Source: Bdellovibrionales bacterium
GTDB taxonomy: Bacteria; Bdellovibrionota; Bdellovibrionia; Bdellovibrionales; UBA1609
DNA: 64,000 nt
Assembly: GCA_965203095.1 (NCBI GenBank)
Contig: OZ241877.1
Location: 1,664,001 to 1,728,000, forward strand
Direction of reading: 5' to 3'
Each line of letters begins with the position of its first letter. Position 1 is the stretch's first letter. Under the pieces are notes generated by a model. The model had not been told where the DNA came from and did no database searches. It was given only the letters and a program-made list of their open reading frames with translations. Below are positions 51,908-61,053 of this stretch, piece after piece. The translations under genes and the position numbers were made by a program.

Positions 51908-52269
51908 GAATCCTGCTTTTTTTTAACTTGGAATGACTTGTTTCGTTTTGCCAGCATTTTGACAAAATCTCTGGCCAGTTCAAGATCGTTTCCGGCCAGT
52001 TTGCTGAAATCCCTAAACAAAGGATCACCGGGTGCAGACATTTCAGGGCTTTCAACACGACCTAATAGATAATCAGTTGTCACATCCAAGGCTATTGCCA
52101 AGCGACGCAAATTATCAAAAGAGGGTTTTCTTGAGCCAATTTCAAAATGAGCAATAGAGCTTGTTGGCAAATCTGCCTTTTCGGCTAACTCACTTTGTTT
52201 CCATTGACGCATTGCTCTCGCCATTTTAAGCCGTTTTTGGAATTTTTCAGAGGGTTTACTATTGCTCAT
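51904..52269 (-). CDS. capH: XRE HTH repressor, CapH-like
   Basis: QSELA...IAHFEIGSRKPS...LDVTTDYLLG; ATGA overlap with capP. Confidence 0.85.
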   Translation of the reverse strand: MSNSKPSEKFQKRLKMARAMRQWKQSELAEKADLPTSSIAHFEIGSRKPSFDNLRRLAIALDVTTDYLLGRVESPEMSAPGDPLFRDFSKLAGNDLELARDFVKMLAKRNKSFQVKKKQDS

Positions 52270-52301
52270 AGAAAAAAACCGCCATAAAATACATGTCTGA
52301 C

Positions 52302-52330
52302 TTGACATATTTATTTTTTATCCCCATTAT
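52302..52330 (+). promoter_or_regulatory. Putative sigma70 promoter of CBASS, overlapping an inverted repeat
   Basis: TTGACA-17-CATTAT; ATGTC-N6-GACAT overlaps the -35 (candidate CapH operator). Confidence 0.5.
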
Positions 52331-52430
52331 TGTAAGTAATAACATGGCGAAATCGTCAAATCAAGAGGATTAAAAAAAATGTGTGCATTATCGCAAAAAC
52401 AGGGCTTTTTAGTGGTTGAAAGGGGGTATT

Positions 52431-53510
52431 ATGAACCAAAATAAGCCTTACAGAGTGCTTTCTTTGGATGGTGGAGGTATGAGGGGCTTATATACGGCCT
52501 CAGTCCTTCAAACCCTATCAAATTGCTTTTCTCAGCCCAATAGCGGAAATAAAGATATTGGAAAAGGCTTTGAGCTAATAGTTGGGACAAGCACAGGAGG
52601 AATCCTGGCCTGTGGGCTGGCTGTAGGTGTTCCCATCAATAAAATTGTGGAGCTTTATTTCAAAAAAGGAAAAAAGATATTCACTGACCCTTTTCCTGCT
52701 AAAAAGACTGTAAAAAAAATATGGTGGATAGTTAAAAATAGTCGCAAGGCTGTAAATTCCAATAAAGCTCTGAGCCAAGAGCTAAAAGACATATTTCACA
52801 ATAAAACATTGGGACAGGTTTATAATGAGAGAAAAATTGGCCTGTGTATTACTGCTGTCAATTTAATGGATCATTCTCCCAGAGTTTTCAAAACTCCCCA
52901 TGATCCATTAAAAAATATGGACAATAATAGGAGATTAACGGATATATGTTTGGCCTCTTCCTCTGCTCCCATATTATTTCCCATTGCAAATATTCCTGAT
53001 CCGGAAAGCAGTAATATTTATGAAGGTTTTGTGGACGGTGGTTTATGGGCAAATAATCCTGTTTTAGTGGCTTTGGTGGAAGCTATTATATGTTCTAAAA
53101 AAGAGCAACCGGTGGAAATTATATCCATTGGTTCTTGCTCTCCTCCAAAAGGTCAAACAGTTTTGGAAAAAGACATAAACAAAGGCTTTATAGGATGGCG
53201 GGCGGGTATTGGACCTATGGAGTTGGCAATGGATGCTCAGTCAAAATCCAATCTTTTTGTTAGTGATTTTTTATCTTCTCAGTTAAAAAAATTAGGAAAA
53301 CATATTACAATCTATCGTTTAAAGCAAAAAGCTCCTTCTGCGGAGCAGGTAAAATTTCTTTCTATGGATCAAGCGGATGAGCAAACTTGTTCAATGTTAA
53401 TAAAATGGGGGAAAAAAGATGCAGGGGAAATTTATGGACAGATAATCAGAGAAAATAAAAACAACATATTATACTGGTCTTGTTTGAATTTTCAGGTTTC
53501 GATGACATGA
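52431..53510 (+). CDS. capV: CBASS patatin-like phospholipase effector; last 17 aa displaced by IS630
   Basis: DGGGMRG, GTSTG, DGG; native tail KTIFTNLPNLKGGNNHG at 54609-54662. Confidence 0.9.
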   Translation: MNQNKPYRVLSLDGGGMRGLYTASVLQTLSNCFSQPNSGNKDIGKGFELIVGTSTGGILACGLAVGVPINKIVELYFKKGKKIFTDPFPAKKTVKKIWWIVKNSRKAVNSNKALSQELKDIFHNKTLGQVYNERKIGLCITAVNLMDHSPRVFKTPHDPLKNMDNNRRLTDICLASSSAPILFPIANIPDPESSNIYEGFVDGGLWANNPVLVALVEAIICSKKEQPVEIISIGSCSPPKGQTVLEKDINKGFIGWRAGIGPMELAMDAQSKSNLFVSDFLSSQLKKLGKHITIYRLKQKAPSAEQVKFLSMDQADEQTCSMLIKWGKKDAGEIYGQIIRENKNNILYWSCLNFQVSMT

Positions 53511-54606
53511 AAATTATCAGTAATAAGCATGGACAATTCAGCCCTGTATTTTCTAACACCTCTTAAAAACAGCATCAACTCTTTACGAAAAGTTTTAAGA
53601 TCTGAAAAATACACATTAGCCATTGTCTTCTTCTTTACAAATTTCCAAAACCTCTCAATAGGATTCAAATTAGGAGAAAATGGAGGCAAATACAGCAAAG
53701 TAATATCCAAACTTTTCGCTAAATCCCTCACCTGAAAGGCCCTGTTATATGGTGCATTGTCTAAAACCAAATACAACCTTTTATCCCTCATAGGCTGTCT
53801 CGCCCTCACAGCTCGCAATAACTCCTGCATTGAATTTTTATTAACCCTCTCACAGCTTCTACTGACAAAATCTAAACTATTTATCTCTATCGCACCATTT
53901 ATATTCACCCGCTCACGACCTGAATTAGTTTTAACCTTAAACTCCACCCCCTTCTTAATCCAACCCGATGATATTACAGGATTGAGCATAGGATGAGTTG
54001 AATCCGCAAAATACACTAAATCACCTCTCTTTTTTATCCTGCGATATCTTTGAATAAACACCTTCTGCTTCTCAATATCAGCCTTCCCAGGCACACCCTT
54101 TGGCTTCTTATATGAAAAATCTAACTTGTGAAGTAAAGCCGTCATTCCATTCACAGTATAAACAACCCCAAATGTCTTTTGAACATATAAAACAACTGCC
54201 TTTGTTGTGGGATATACCTTTGACTCCAACTCCAAAACCAGTTTCTTCCGTTGTTCCTCAGATAAATACGACATGCGACCTCTATGATCGTCATAAACCA
54301 ACCTCGACAAACCTCCTTCTTCATAACGCCTTTTGCAGTTTCTGATAGTTCCTTCATCAAAAAATAAAAATCTCGCAATATCGGTGACAGACTCTCCACT
54401 ATCCAGCAACAAAATAACCCGGATACGATCCGCTCGCCTACGATTCCTTTCCAAACGAAGAAAAGTTAAAAGCTCTGCTTTTTGCTTGCCAGTTAAAAAT
54501 GAGTTCATAGAAACATATTATAGAACATCCAAAAGATTTGGAAAACTCATAATGCCAAAAACTAAACCTTTATCAAAAAAACTTGATTTTTTAAATCAAA
54601 CCAGTA
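53472..54606 (-). mobile_element. IS630-family insertion sequence, copy 2
   Basis: Same ends, length and encoded proteins as copy 1; TA duplication at 53470-71 and 54607-08. Confidence 0.95.
53492..54508 (-). CDS. IS630 family DDE transposase
   Basis: Protein identical to 33700..34716. Confidence 0.96.
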   Translation of the reverse strand: MNSFLTGKQKAELLTFLRLERNRRRADRIRVILLLDSGESVTDIARFLFFDEGTIRNCKRRYEEGGLSRLVYDDHRGRMSYLSEEQRKKLVLELESKVYPTTKAVVLYVQKTFGVVYTVNGMTALLHKLDFSYKKPKGVPGKADIEKQKVFIQRYRRIKKRGDLVYFADSTHPMLNPVISSGWIKKGVEFKVKTNSGRERVNINGAIEINSLDFVSRSCERVNKNSMQELLRAVRARQPMRDKRLYLVLDNAPYNRAFQVRDLAKSLDITLLYLPPFSPNLNPIERFWKFVKKKTMANVYFSDLKTFRKELMLFLRGVRKYRAELSMLITDNFHVIET

Positions 54607-54654
54607 TAAAAACAATTTTTACTAATTTGCCAAACCTAAAAGGAGGGAATAATC

Positions 54655-55662
54655 ATGGCTAATATACAAAAGCAGTTAGAGAGATTTCATAAAAATATCA
54701 AGGTTGAATCCAGCGAGTTAATAGAAAAGCGGGATATTATTGAAAAGAAAATAAAAAAATCTCTTTCTGAAGACAATAAACCTATTCCAAATCTTCTGAA
54801 TCAAGGAAGCTATATATATGGAGTGGGAATAAAACCTGCATCAGGAGAAGATTATGATATTGATGTAGGGCTTGATTTTAATATCAAGTCCTCAGACTAC
54901 AATGCGGAAGAAGTCAGAAAATGGGTTTATGATGCAATTAAAAAACACACAGATGAAGTGCAAAGCAAAGGGCCCTGTATTCGGGTTATATATCAGGTAG
55001 GTTATCATGTTGATCTTGTATGCTATGCCAGATATAAGAACAATGATTTAATCGAAAATTTTCAGTTAGCTCATAAAAACGGTTCCTGGATAGCTTCTGA
55101 TCCTAAAAAAATAAAAGATCACATCAAAAAGTCCAGAGAGAGATTTAAAGACACAAAAGACAGCAGTGGCTCAGATCAACTGCAAAGGGTAGTTCGGTAT
55201 CTCAAAAGGCGGAATGATTTAGCTTTTCCAGGTGAATCTAATGACAAGCCTATTGGTTTGGCTATTTTGCTTTACTGTATTGATGCCTTGCGAGATCCTG
55301 TTTATGATTCTCAGGGCAATTTAGATGACTTGCAAGCCCTTATATATATTTCTGAAAGAGCAAAAAACAGTAGTAGAATTTGTGTCAAAAAACCAGATAA
55401 TGGGGAAGATATTTTTAGCAAAATAAGCGAACAAGGAATGGAAAAACTTATCACAAAATTTCAAAAATTACATGAAGCTTTATTGGATGCAAGAAACTCT
55501 AATCATTTAGAGGATGCCTGTAAAATAATGAGAGAGCAGTTTGGAAATGATTTTCCATTGGAAAAAAATAATGAAGATAAAGAGAAAAAAAAGGCTTCTT
55601 TTTTATCATCAGCAGTTCCAAATTATAAAACTCCCATTAAGCCTTATGGACGAACGGAATGA
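54655..55662 (+). CDS. CBASS cGAS/DncV-like nucleotidyltransferase (CD-NTase)
   Basis: QGSY...DYDIDV, HVDLV, SDPK, VRYLK, FGNDFP; follows capV. Confidence 0.92.
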   Translation: MANIQKQLERFHKNIKVESSELIEKRDIIEKKIKKSLSEDNKPIPNLLNQGSYIYGVGIKPASGEDYDIDVGLDFNIKSSDYNAEEVRKWVYDAIKKHTDEVQSKGPCIRVIYQVGYHVDLVCYARYKNNDLIENFQLAHKNGSWIASDPKKIKDHIKKSRERFKDTKDSSGSDQLQRVVRYLKRRNDLAFPGESNDKPIGLAILLYCIDALRDPVYDSQGNLDDLQALIYISERAKNSSRICVKKPDNGEDIFSKISEQGMEKLITKFQKLHEALLDARNSNHLEDACKIMREQFGNDFPLEKNNEDKEKKKASFLSSAVPNYKTPIKPYGRTE

Positions 55663-56354
55663 CTGAACTTTGGTGGATGACAAAAAAAGAACTTTACAAA
55701 CAAGCTGTTGAAGTTGTCAGCCAATACAAGGGTCTTCGTCACCGTATAGAAAACAACCAATTTATTATTTTTGGAGCTTGGCCTGTATATGGTGATTCAG
55801 ATGGAAAAAAATGGCTTGAGGATTTTCTGATAAAAATTGTTTTTCCTAATAATTACCCGGATGAACTTCCAAAGGTATATGAGACAGGTAATAGGATAAA
55901 AATAAAAACTGTGGATACTCATTTTGATAAAGATGATTCAGCTTGTTTATTTTTTCCAACGGAAAGATATTTACATTTTCCAACAAATGAGCCTTTTCAA
56001 TTTAAAAAATTTTTGGAAGGACCGGTTAAAGGCTTTTTTTTCTCACAGCTCCATTATATTCATTATAAAAAATGGCCCTTTGGCCAGCGTTCACATGACA
56101 TAGAGGGTTTATTGGAATTTTATGGGGAAGAGTTGAATATACCCTGTGACCAAAAGAGTATTTCAATAGCTCTGTCTTATTTGCTAAAACCACAAATAAA
56201 AGGGCACTTGCCTTGCCCCTGTGGGATTGACAAACTAAGAAAATGTCATGTTGAAAAATTCAGACTTTTAAACAATAAAATTCCTAAAGAAGCTATCAAA
56301 AAAGATATAAGTTATTTAGAAAAAAACCTACTGCCATTAGGAGCTTTTTTATAA
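55659..56354 (+). CDS. CBASS-associated E2 (ubiquitin-conjugating-like) protein with SEC-C motif
   Basis: IVFPNNYP..LPKVYE, H...ACL, C-terminal PCPCG...KCH; ATGA overlap with the cyclase. Confidence 0.8.
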   Translation: MTELWWMTKKELYKQAVEVVSQYKGLRHRIENNQFIIFGAWPVYGDSDGKKWLEDFLIKIVFPNNYPDELPKVYETGNRIKIKTVDTHFDKDDSACLFFPTERYLHFPTNEPFQFKKFLEGPVKGFFFSQLHYIHYKKWPFGQRSHDIEGLLEFYGEELNIPCDQKSISIALSYLLKPQIKGHLPCPCGIDKLRKCHVEKFRLLNNKIPKEAIKKDISYLEKNLLPLGAFL

Positions 56355-56355
56355 A

Positions 56356-56550
56356 TAGTCCCTTGTGAAAAAGCATATTTTTTTTCTGTTTAGTTTGGCT
56401 ACCGTGAACCTTGCCAGAAGGCCCCCCGGCTTTCTGGCTCCCGTGAAAGCGGGAATCCATAAAAACTTATTCAGAACAGAACAACTTGGACCTTCAGCAA
56501 TAGGTTGTTGCTTATGCAATCTGTTAAATATAGACTTTTCCATAGGCAGG
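56356..56550. repeat. Degenerate family A element with an embedded REP-like palindrome
   Basis: TAGTCCCTTGTGAAAAAG end; loop variant TTCAGAACAGAACAACTTGGACCTTCA; TTGCTTATGCAAT arm. Confidence 0.6.
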
Positions 56551-56643
56551 CAGTTAATTATTTCCTCATAACCTCAAAATAGCTTAAAATAGTCAATGTT
56601 TTCCCATTAAAACCAGATCTAATAGGGCTTGTCAATAAGTTTT

Positions 56644-56760
56644 TTAAGTATCCCAAGCTCCCGGAGCCTTCCAATATTTTGGCAAAAGTTTTTTTCTGGA
56701 TATGTTTAAAAGCCTTTGTCTCACAGAGGCTGGAATATTTTTAATTTGTTTTTTTGTCAT
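56644..56760 (-). pseudogene. Truncated AbiEii-type nucleotidyltransferase toxin
   Basis: ATGA overlap with abiEi; MTKKQIKNIPASVRQRLLNISRK resembles AbiEii N-termini; stop after 38 aa. Confidence 0.7.
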
Positions 56761-57359
56761 ATTATGCTTTCTATATAGGGCTTTATGATATTTTCAACAC
56801 GGCATATTTTTGCATATTTAATCAATTTTGTAGGATTAAATGTTTTTCTTTCTCTATAAAAAGCCAAAGCCTCTAATACAATATTCATGCCGATTTTATT
56901 TCTAAATTTAAAACAATCCACTATTGTTTTTTCAGGATCATATATTTTAACAGGGATTTTATCAAAAGTATATTTGTCAGCACCTGAAGAAAAACTTCTG
57001 TTAGAAAATTGATGAATAGAAACAGGAGGATAATTTATTCTGGTTCTATGAGCACCTCGTTTTATAGCTATCCAAACTTTATGAGGAATCTGTGTCGTTA
57101 AGTTATGAAAAGCCAAAGCGGAAATTAAACAAATCACTCCATTAGGAACTCTCAAAGCCACTGTTACAAAATCAGAATGAGAAATCTTATTTTGTTTTAA
57201 TTTATATAAACCATAGGAAATTTGCTCTAAAACTCCTTTATTTCTCAAGTTGTATAAAGTTCTTGGATGAATATGCTTTTTTATAGCTGTATTGGCCCTT
57301 ATAATACCCCTATTGGCTTTTATAATACGAATAGCATTTTTTTCTTTAATAGTGTTCAT
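56757..57359 (-). CDS. Type IV TA antitoxin, AbiEi family
   Basis: GVLEQISYGLY, GVICLISALAFH.LTTQIP, EKTIVDCFKFRNKIG. Confidence 0.9.
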   Translation of the reverse strand: MNTIKEKNAIRIIKANRGIIRANTAIKKHIHPRTLYNLRNKGVLEQISYGLYKLKQNKISHSDFVTVALRVPNGVICLISALAFHNLTTQIPHKVWIAIKRGAHRTRINYPPVSIHQFSNRSFSSGADKYTFDKIPVKIYDPEKTIVDCFKFRNKIGMNIVLEALAFYRERKTFNPTKLIKYAKICRVENIIKPYIESII

Positions 57360-57489
57360 GGATAAAATCCTCTTCATTTATTTGTATATGGGTATAATTT
57401 TATCCATATTTAAAATAAAATCAAGAATAAAGTTGAAAAATTATCAGGAAAAGTCCTGTTTTTTGTATTGACCCCTATTTTTAGCTATC

Positions 57490-57696
57490 TTTTGCAAACA
57501 AGGGTTAAGGGCAGTTGAAATTCAAGAGACAAACTCAAAGGCAATGTCTCTATGAGCAAAAATCCCTCTCTTTCTACTTGATTTTGAAATAATCTCTATA
57601 GTGTGTTTTTAATCCATTTTTTTAGGGCCAAAACAAAAGCATTTCCTTCAGTAGATTCTTAAAACTGGTCGAATTCGACCAGTTTAAAAAAGGATT
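57490..57696 (-). pseudogene. KilA-N domain gene remnant
   Basis: Reads NPFFKLVEFDQF*...NAFVL..KKWI...IISKS...AHRDIAFEFVS*IS, with stops and a frameshift. Confidence 0.75.
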
Positions 57697-58775
57697 TAAA
57701 AAGGAATATCAAAATCTTTATCCTTTTCCTGTTCTTTTTTCAAATTTATTTTTTCTATCTCTGATTGTTCTCTGGTTTCTAAGGAAGTTTCTTGATGAGA
57801 GTTTTTTTCATTTTGATCTGTTGGCTGTGGTGGATGTTTTTTAAAAAATTCTTCCATTTTTTTCTCGATATTCTGGACTTCTTTTATTTTGCTATTTTGC
57901 CCCCAATATTTTTGAATTTCACTTATGAAGTGAGCATCTATTTGCTTAGTTTTAAACTCCATAAGTTGATCCAAAACACTTCCAGCCATTTGTGTATTGC
58001 TGGAACTAAGAAAGTTATTTGTTAATTTTTTAACAGTTTTCTGAAGTTTAGGCCGGGAAATATGATATAAAATTTCCTGCGGATCAAAAATATACTCTTC
58101 TATCTGATGGACTGAATCTTCAGGGTTTTTGAAGGGTTTGGCTTGAAGATGCCTAATAAAACCATAAGGACTGGTGTTATCCAATGTGAATTGAAATATA
58201 GGGATCTCTCGATGAACCGCCATACCCATCTCTTGATCACAATAATTTGAAGACTTAAAATCTTTTGAGAGAAAGGCTATTAAGCCATGGCAACATTCTA
58301 AATATTTTTTTATTTCTTTTTCCCATTTTTTAGAGAGTTTAATACTTTTATGAGCTATAAAACATTCTATCCAGTCAGTTTTTTCTAAAATATTTTTTAC
58401 CGGGATAATTTTATCTAAATCTTTATAGGAATGGCTGAAAAATAAAACCAGCTTATCTGTTGATAAATGATATAAAGGATTTTCTTCTTCTAAAAAGTCT
58501 ATCTCTTCGGCCTCTTCAGGAAACTGGTCTTTATACATTTCATAAATTATTTCATTATCCAAATTTTGGATAAACTCTAATATGTTTTTTTCTGAGAAAC
58601 TTATATGACCTGACCTTCTAACATCACCCCAATCAGTATGCTCCATTTCATAAAGTGAATCATTGTCTTCCGTATACTCTTTAAGAAAAAAGAATCCTTT
58701 AGTTTCACCCATATTTATAACTTTTTCTGTGAGTTTTGGGATAATTTCAAATCTTTGTCCTTTAGTTAAATTCAT
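57696..58775 (-). CDS. TIR-domain protein
   Basis: LFFSHSYKD, CFIAH, S.YCDQEMG (Glu at the catalytic position); GGAGG RBS. Confidence 0.88.
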   Translation of the reverse strand: MNLTKGQRFEIIPKLTEKVINMGETKGFFFLKEYTEDNDSLYEMEHTDWGDVRRSGHISFSEKNILEFIQNLDNEIIYEMYKDQFPEEAEEIDFLEEENPLYHLSTDKLVLFFSHSYKDLDKIIPVKNILEKTDWIECFIAHKSIKLSKKWEKEIKKYLECCHGLIAFLSKDFKSSNYCDQEMGMAVHREIPIFQFTLDNTSPYGFIRHLQAKPFKNPEDSVHQIEEYIFDPQEILYHISRPKLQKTVKKLTNNFLSSSNTQMAGSVLDQLMEFKTKQIDAHFISEIQKYWGQNSKIKEVQNIEKKMEEFFKKHPPQPTDQNEKNSHQETSLETREQSEIEKINLKKEQEKDKDFDIPF

Positions 58776-59118
58776 TCCTCCTCCTTTTTATATCGTTTTT
58801 TTTGAACATGCCTGCCTTCTCTATGTCTTTTTTAAGTGAATTTCCTCCCGGATTGGCCTACTCCTAACAAGTAGGCAGGCAAAACCAACTTAATCTATAT
58901 CTATACATATCGGCTCCTGTCAAGCTTTTTAGCAAACTGAGCGGAAAAAACGGAGATTGCTGGATTCCCGCTCAAGGCGGGAATGACTTGTTTCGTGGGA
59001 GTGACTGTAAAGGTAGACAGGGAAGTCTTACCGGTATTTCACAGGGTTTTTCACAGGCGACTGAATAAAGGCTTGCTTTATAGGGGAAAACCTTTATAAT
59101 AGAGGAAAAGGCAGAAAA

Positions 59119-60570
59119 ATGGCACAATCTACTACTTCAAAAAGACTTAAGTTTATCCTTGAAAAAGGAGAAGATTATAAAACGGAGTTCAAGGAAAAGG
59201 CAGATAGAAACCTTGATAGAGAAATAGTTGCCTTTGCCAACTCCTCTGGCGGGCAAATTTATATTGGCATTACAGATAAAAGCAAAGCCAAAGGCATAAA
59301 TATTACAAATAAATTAAAAAGCCAGATACAAGATATTGCTAAAAACTGCGATCCTAAAGTCGATATTTCATTCCAAGAAGTAAAACAGGAAAAAATTTTA
59401 ATAATTGAAATTAAGGAAAGCAAATCTAAACCTCATAGGTGTTCTTCAGGTTTTTATATTCGTTCTGGAGCTTCTTCTCAAAAGCTAAATACAAAAGAGA
59501 TCAGAAATTTTATGGAAGAGGAGGGAGTTTTAAGGTTTGACTCTCTCCCTTGTAAAAAATTTGTTCATAAAGAACATTTTGATAAAGAAAAATTATTTTA
59601 TTTTTTAGATAAATCTAAAGTTAAATATAACCGAAGAGATTACCTTCAAATATTAGAAAATCTTGAAGTGGCTGAAAAACGAGGTTCAAAAATTATTTTT
59701 AATAATGCTGGAGCTTTATTTTTTTCAAAAAACTTAAAAAAAATCTTTTTTCAAACAGAGATAATTTGCGGGCTTTTTAAGGGAAAAGACAAAGGAAGTC
59801 TTGTTCTCAATAATGAAAATTTTAATATAGACATAATTAGAAATATAGAAGGAGCTATGGAATTTTTATGGAAAAGTTTAAGAGCACGGCATGAGCTAAT
59901 CCCCAAAACAGCCCGTAGAATAGATGTTTTGGAAATTCCTGAAAAGGCTTTGAGGGAGGCTTTAATTAATGCTGTTATTCATACAAATTATTTGGAGGAG
60001 GGGACATCTGTAACTGTTGAGGTTTATGACGACAGAGTAGAAGTTTCTAATTTTGGAGGATTACCTGCAAGATTAAAGAAAGAACAATTTGGAAAAAAAA
60101 GTGTCCGTAGGAATCCTCTTGTAGCGGATCTCATGGCCAGGGCTGGGTATATTGAAAGAATGGGAACAGGAATTAAAAAAATGAGAGCTTTAGTTAAGGC
60201 AGAAGGACTGCCTCCGATAAAATTTGAATTTGACAATTTTACAACTGTGACATTTTATAGACCCTCTTATCCATCAAGTAGTGCTGTTGAGCTGTCAAAA
60301 ATTGATATAAATTTTAGCAAAAAACTTGGTGATGTTTTGAATGTAAAAGATAAAAAAATAAAAACTTTATTACATATTTTGACTGATATAGAAAACGGAA
60401 CTTTTTACAATACTAAATTTGCCAAAAAAAGAGGAATCACTTTAAGAAGTGTATATAGATATATACAATCCCTAAAAGAGAAAGGACTTATTTATTTTGA
60501 AGGTTCTCGGAAAACAGGCAAATATAAAATTGCTAAAAAATACAAAAAATTGAAAAATCTTTATAAATAA
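59119..60570 (+). CDS. Schlafen/AlbA_2 + HATPase_c_4 + HTH protein (RecG-C-like regulator family)
   Basis: GEDYKTEFKE, AFANSSGGQIYIGITD, ALREALINAVIH, RNP, IERMGTGI, C-terminal HTH. Confidence 0.9.
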   Translation: MAQSTTSKRLKFILEKGEDYKTEFKEKADRNLDREIVAFANSSGGQIYIGITDKSKAKGINITNKLKSQIQDIAKNCDPKVDISFQEVKQEKILIIEIKESKSKPHRCSSGFYIRSGASSQKLNTKEIRNFMEEEGVLRFDSLPCKKFVHKEHFDKEKLFYFLDKSKVKYNRRDYLQILENLEVAEKRGSKIIFNNAGALFFSKNLKKIFFQTEIICGLFKGKDKGSLVLNNENFNIDIIRNIEGAMEFLWKSLRARHELIPKTARRIDVLEIPEKALREALINAVIHTNYLEEGTSVTVEVYDDRVEVSNFGGLPARLKKEQFGKKSVRRNPLVADLMARAGYIERMGTGIKKMRALVKAEGLPPIKFEFDNFTTVTFYRPSYPSSSAVELSKIDINFSKKLGDVLNVKDKKIKTLLHILTDIENGTFYNTKFAKKRGITLRSVYRYIQSLKEKGLIYFEGSRKTGKYKIAKKYKKLKNLYK

Positions 60571-60931
60571 AATGTCAGTATAAATGGCGGGAAAATGTCA
60601 GTATAAATGGCAGGAAAATGTCAGTATAAGAGGCAGAAAAATGTCAGTATAAATGGCAGGAAAATGTCAGTATAAATGGCAGAAAAATGTCAGTATAAGA
60701 GGCAGAAAAATGTCAGTATAAATGGCGGGAAAATGTCAGTATAAACGGCGGGAAAATGTCAGTATAAACGGCGGGAAAATGTCAGTATAAACGGCGGGAA
60801 AATGTCAGTATAAATGGCAGAAAAATGTCAGTATAAGAGGCAGAAAAATGTCAGTATAAATGGCGGGAAAATGGCAGAAAAATGTCAGTATAAACGGCGG
60901 GAAGTGGCAGTATAAATGTCAGTATAAATGT
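60569..60931 (+). repeat. Tandem array of 14 x 23-bp units plus partial units
   Basis: Constant AAAATGTCAGTATAA plus an 8-nt variant (ATGGCGGG, ATGGCAGG, GAGGCAGA, ATGGCAGA, ACGGCGGG). Confidence 0.95.
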
Positions 60932-61053
60932 TTGGTTCATGGGGGTTAAAGGGAGTTTTCTCAATATTTTTTGCAGAAGTGGCTAAATATGGTAAAATAT
61001 TAGCTTAAGACTTGACTGAAAGGGCTTGTTGTTGTATTGGGGTGAGAGGATAA

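Noticed and set aside
57662..57685. Perfect 24-bp palindrome as an operator or terminator
   Set aside because: It encodes KLVEFDQF within the KilA-N remnant, so coding origin explains it
60574..60583. CAGTATA shared between the 23-bp unit and the IS630 ends
   Set aside because: Only 7 nt, too short to support a relationship
60569..60931. CRISPR array
   Set aside because: The variable parts are only 8 nt and recur, so there are no unique spacers; no cas genes in the window
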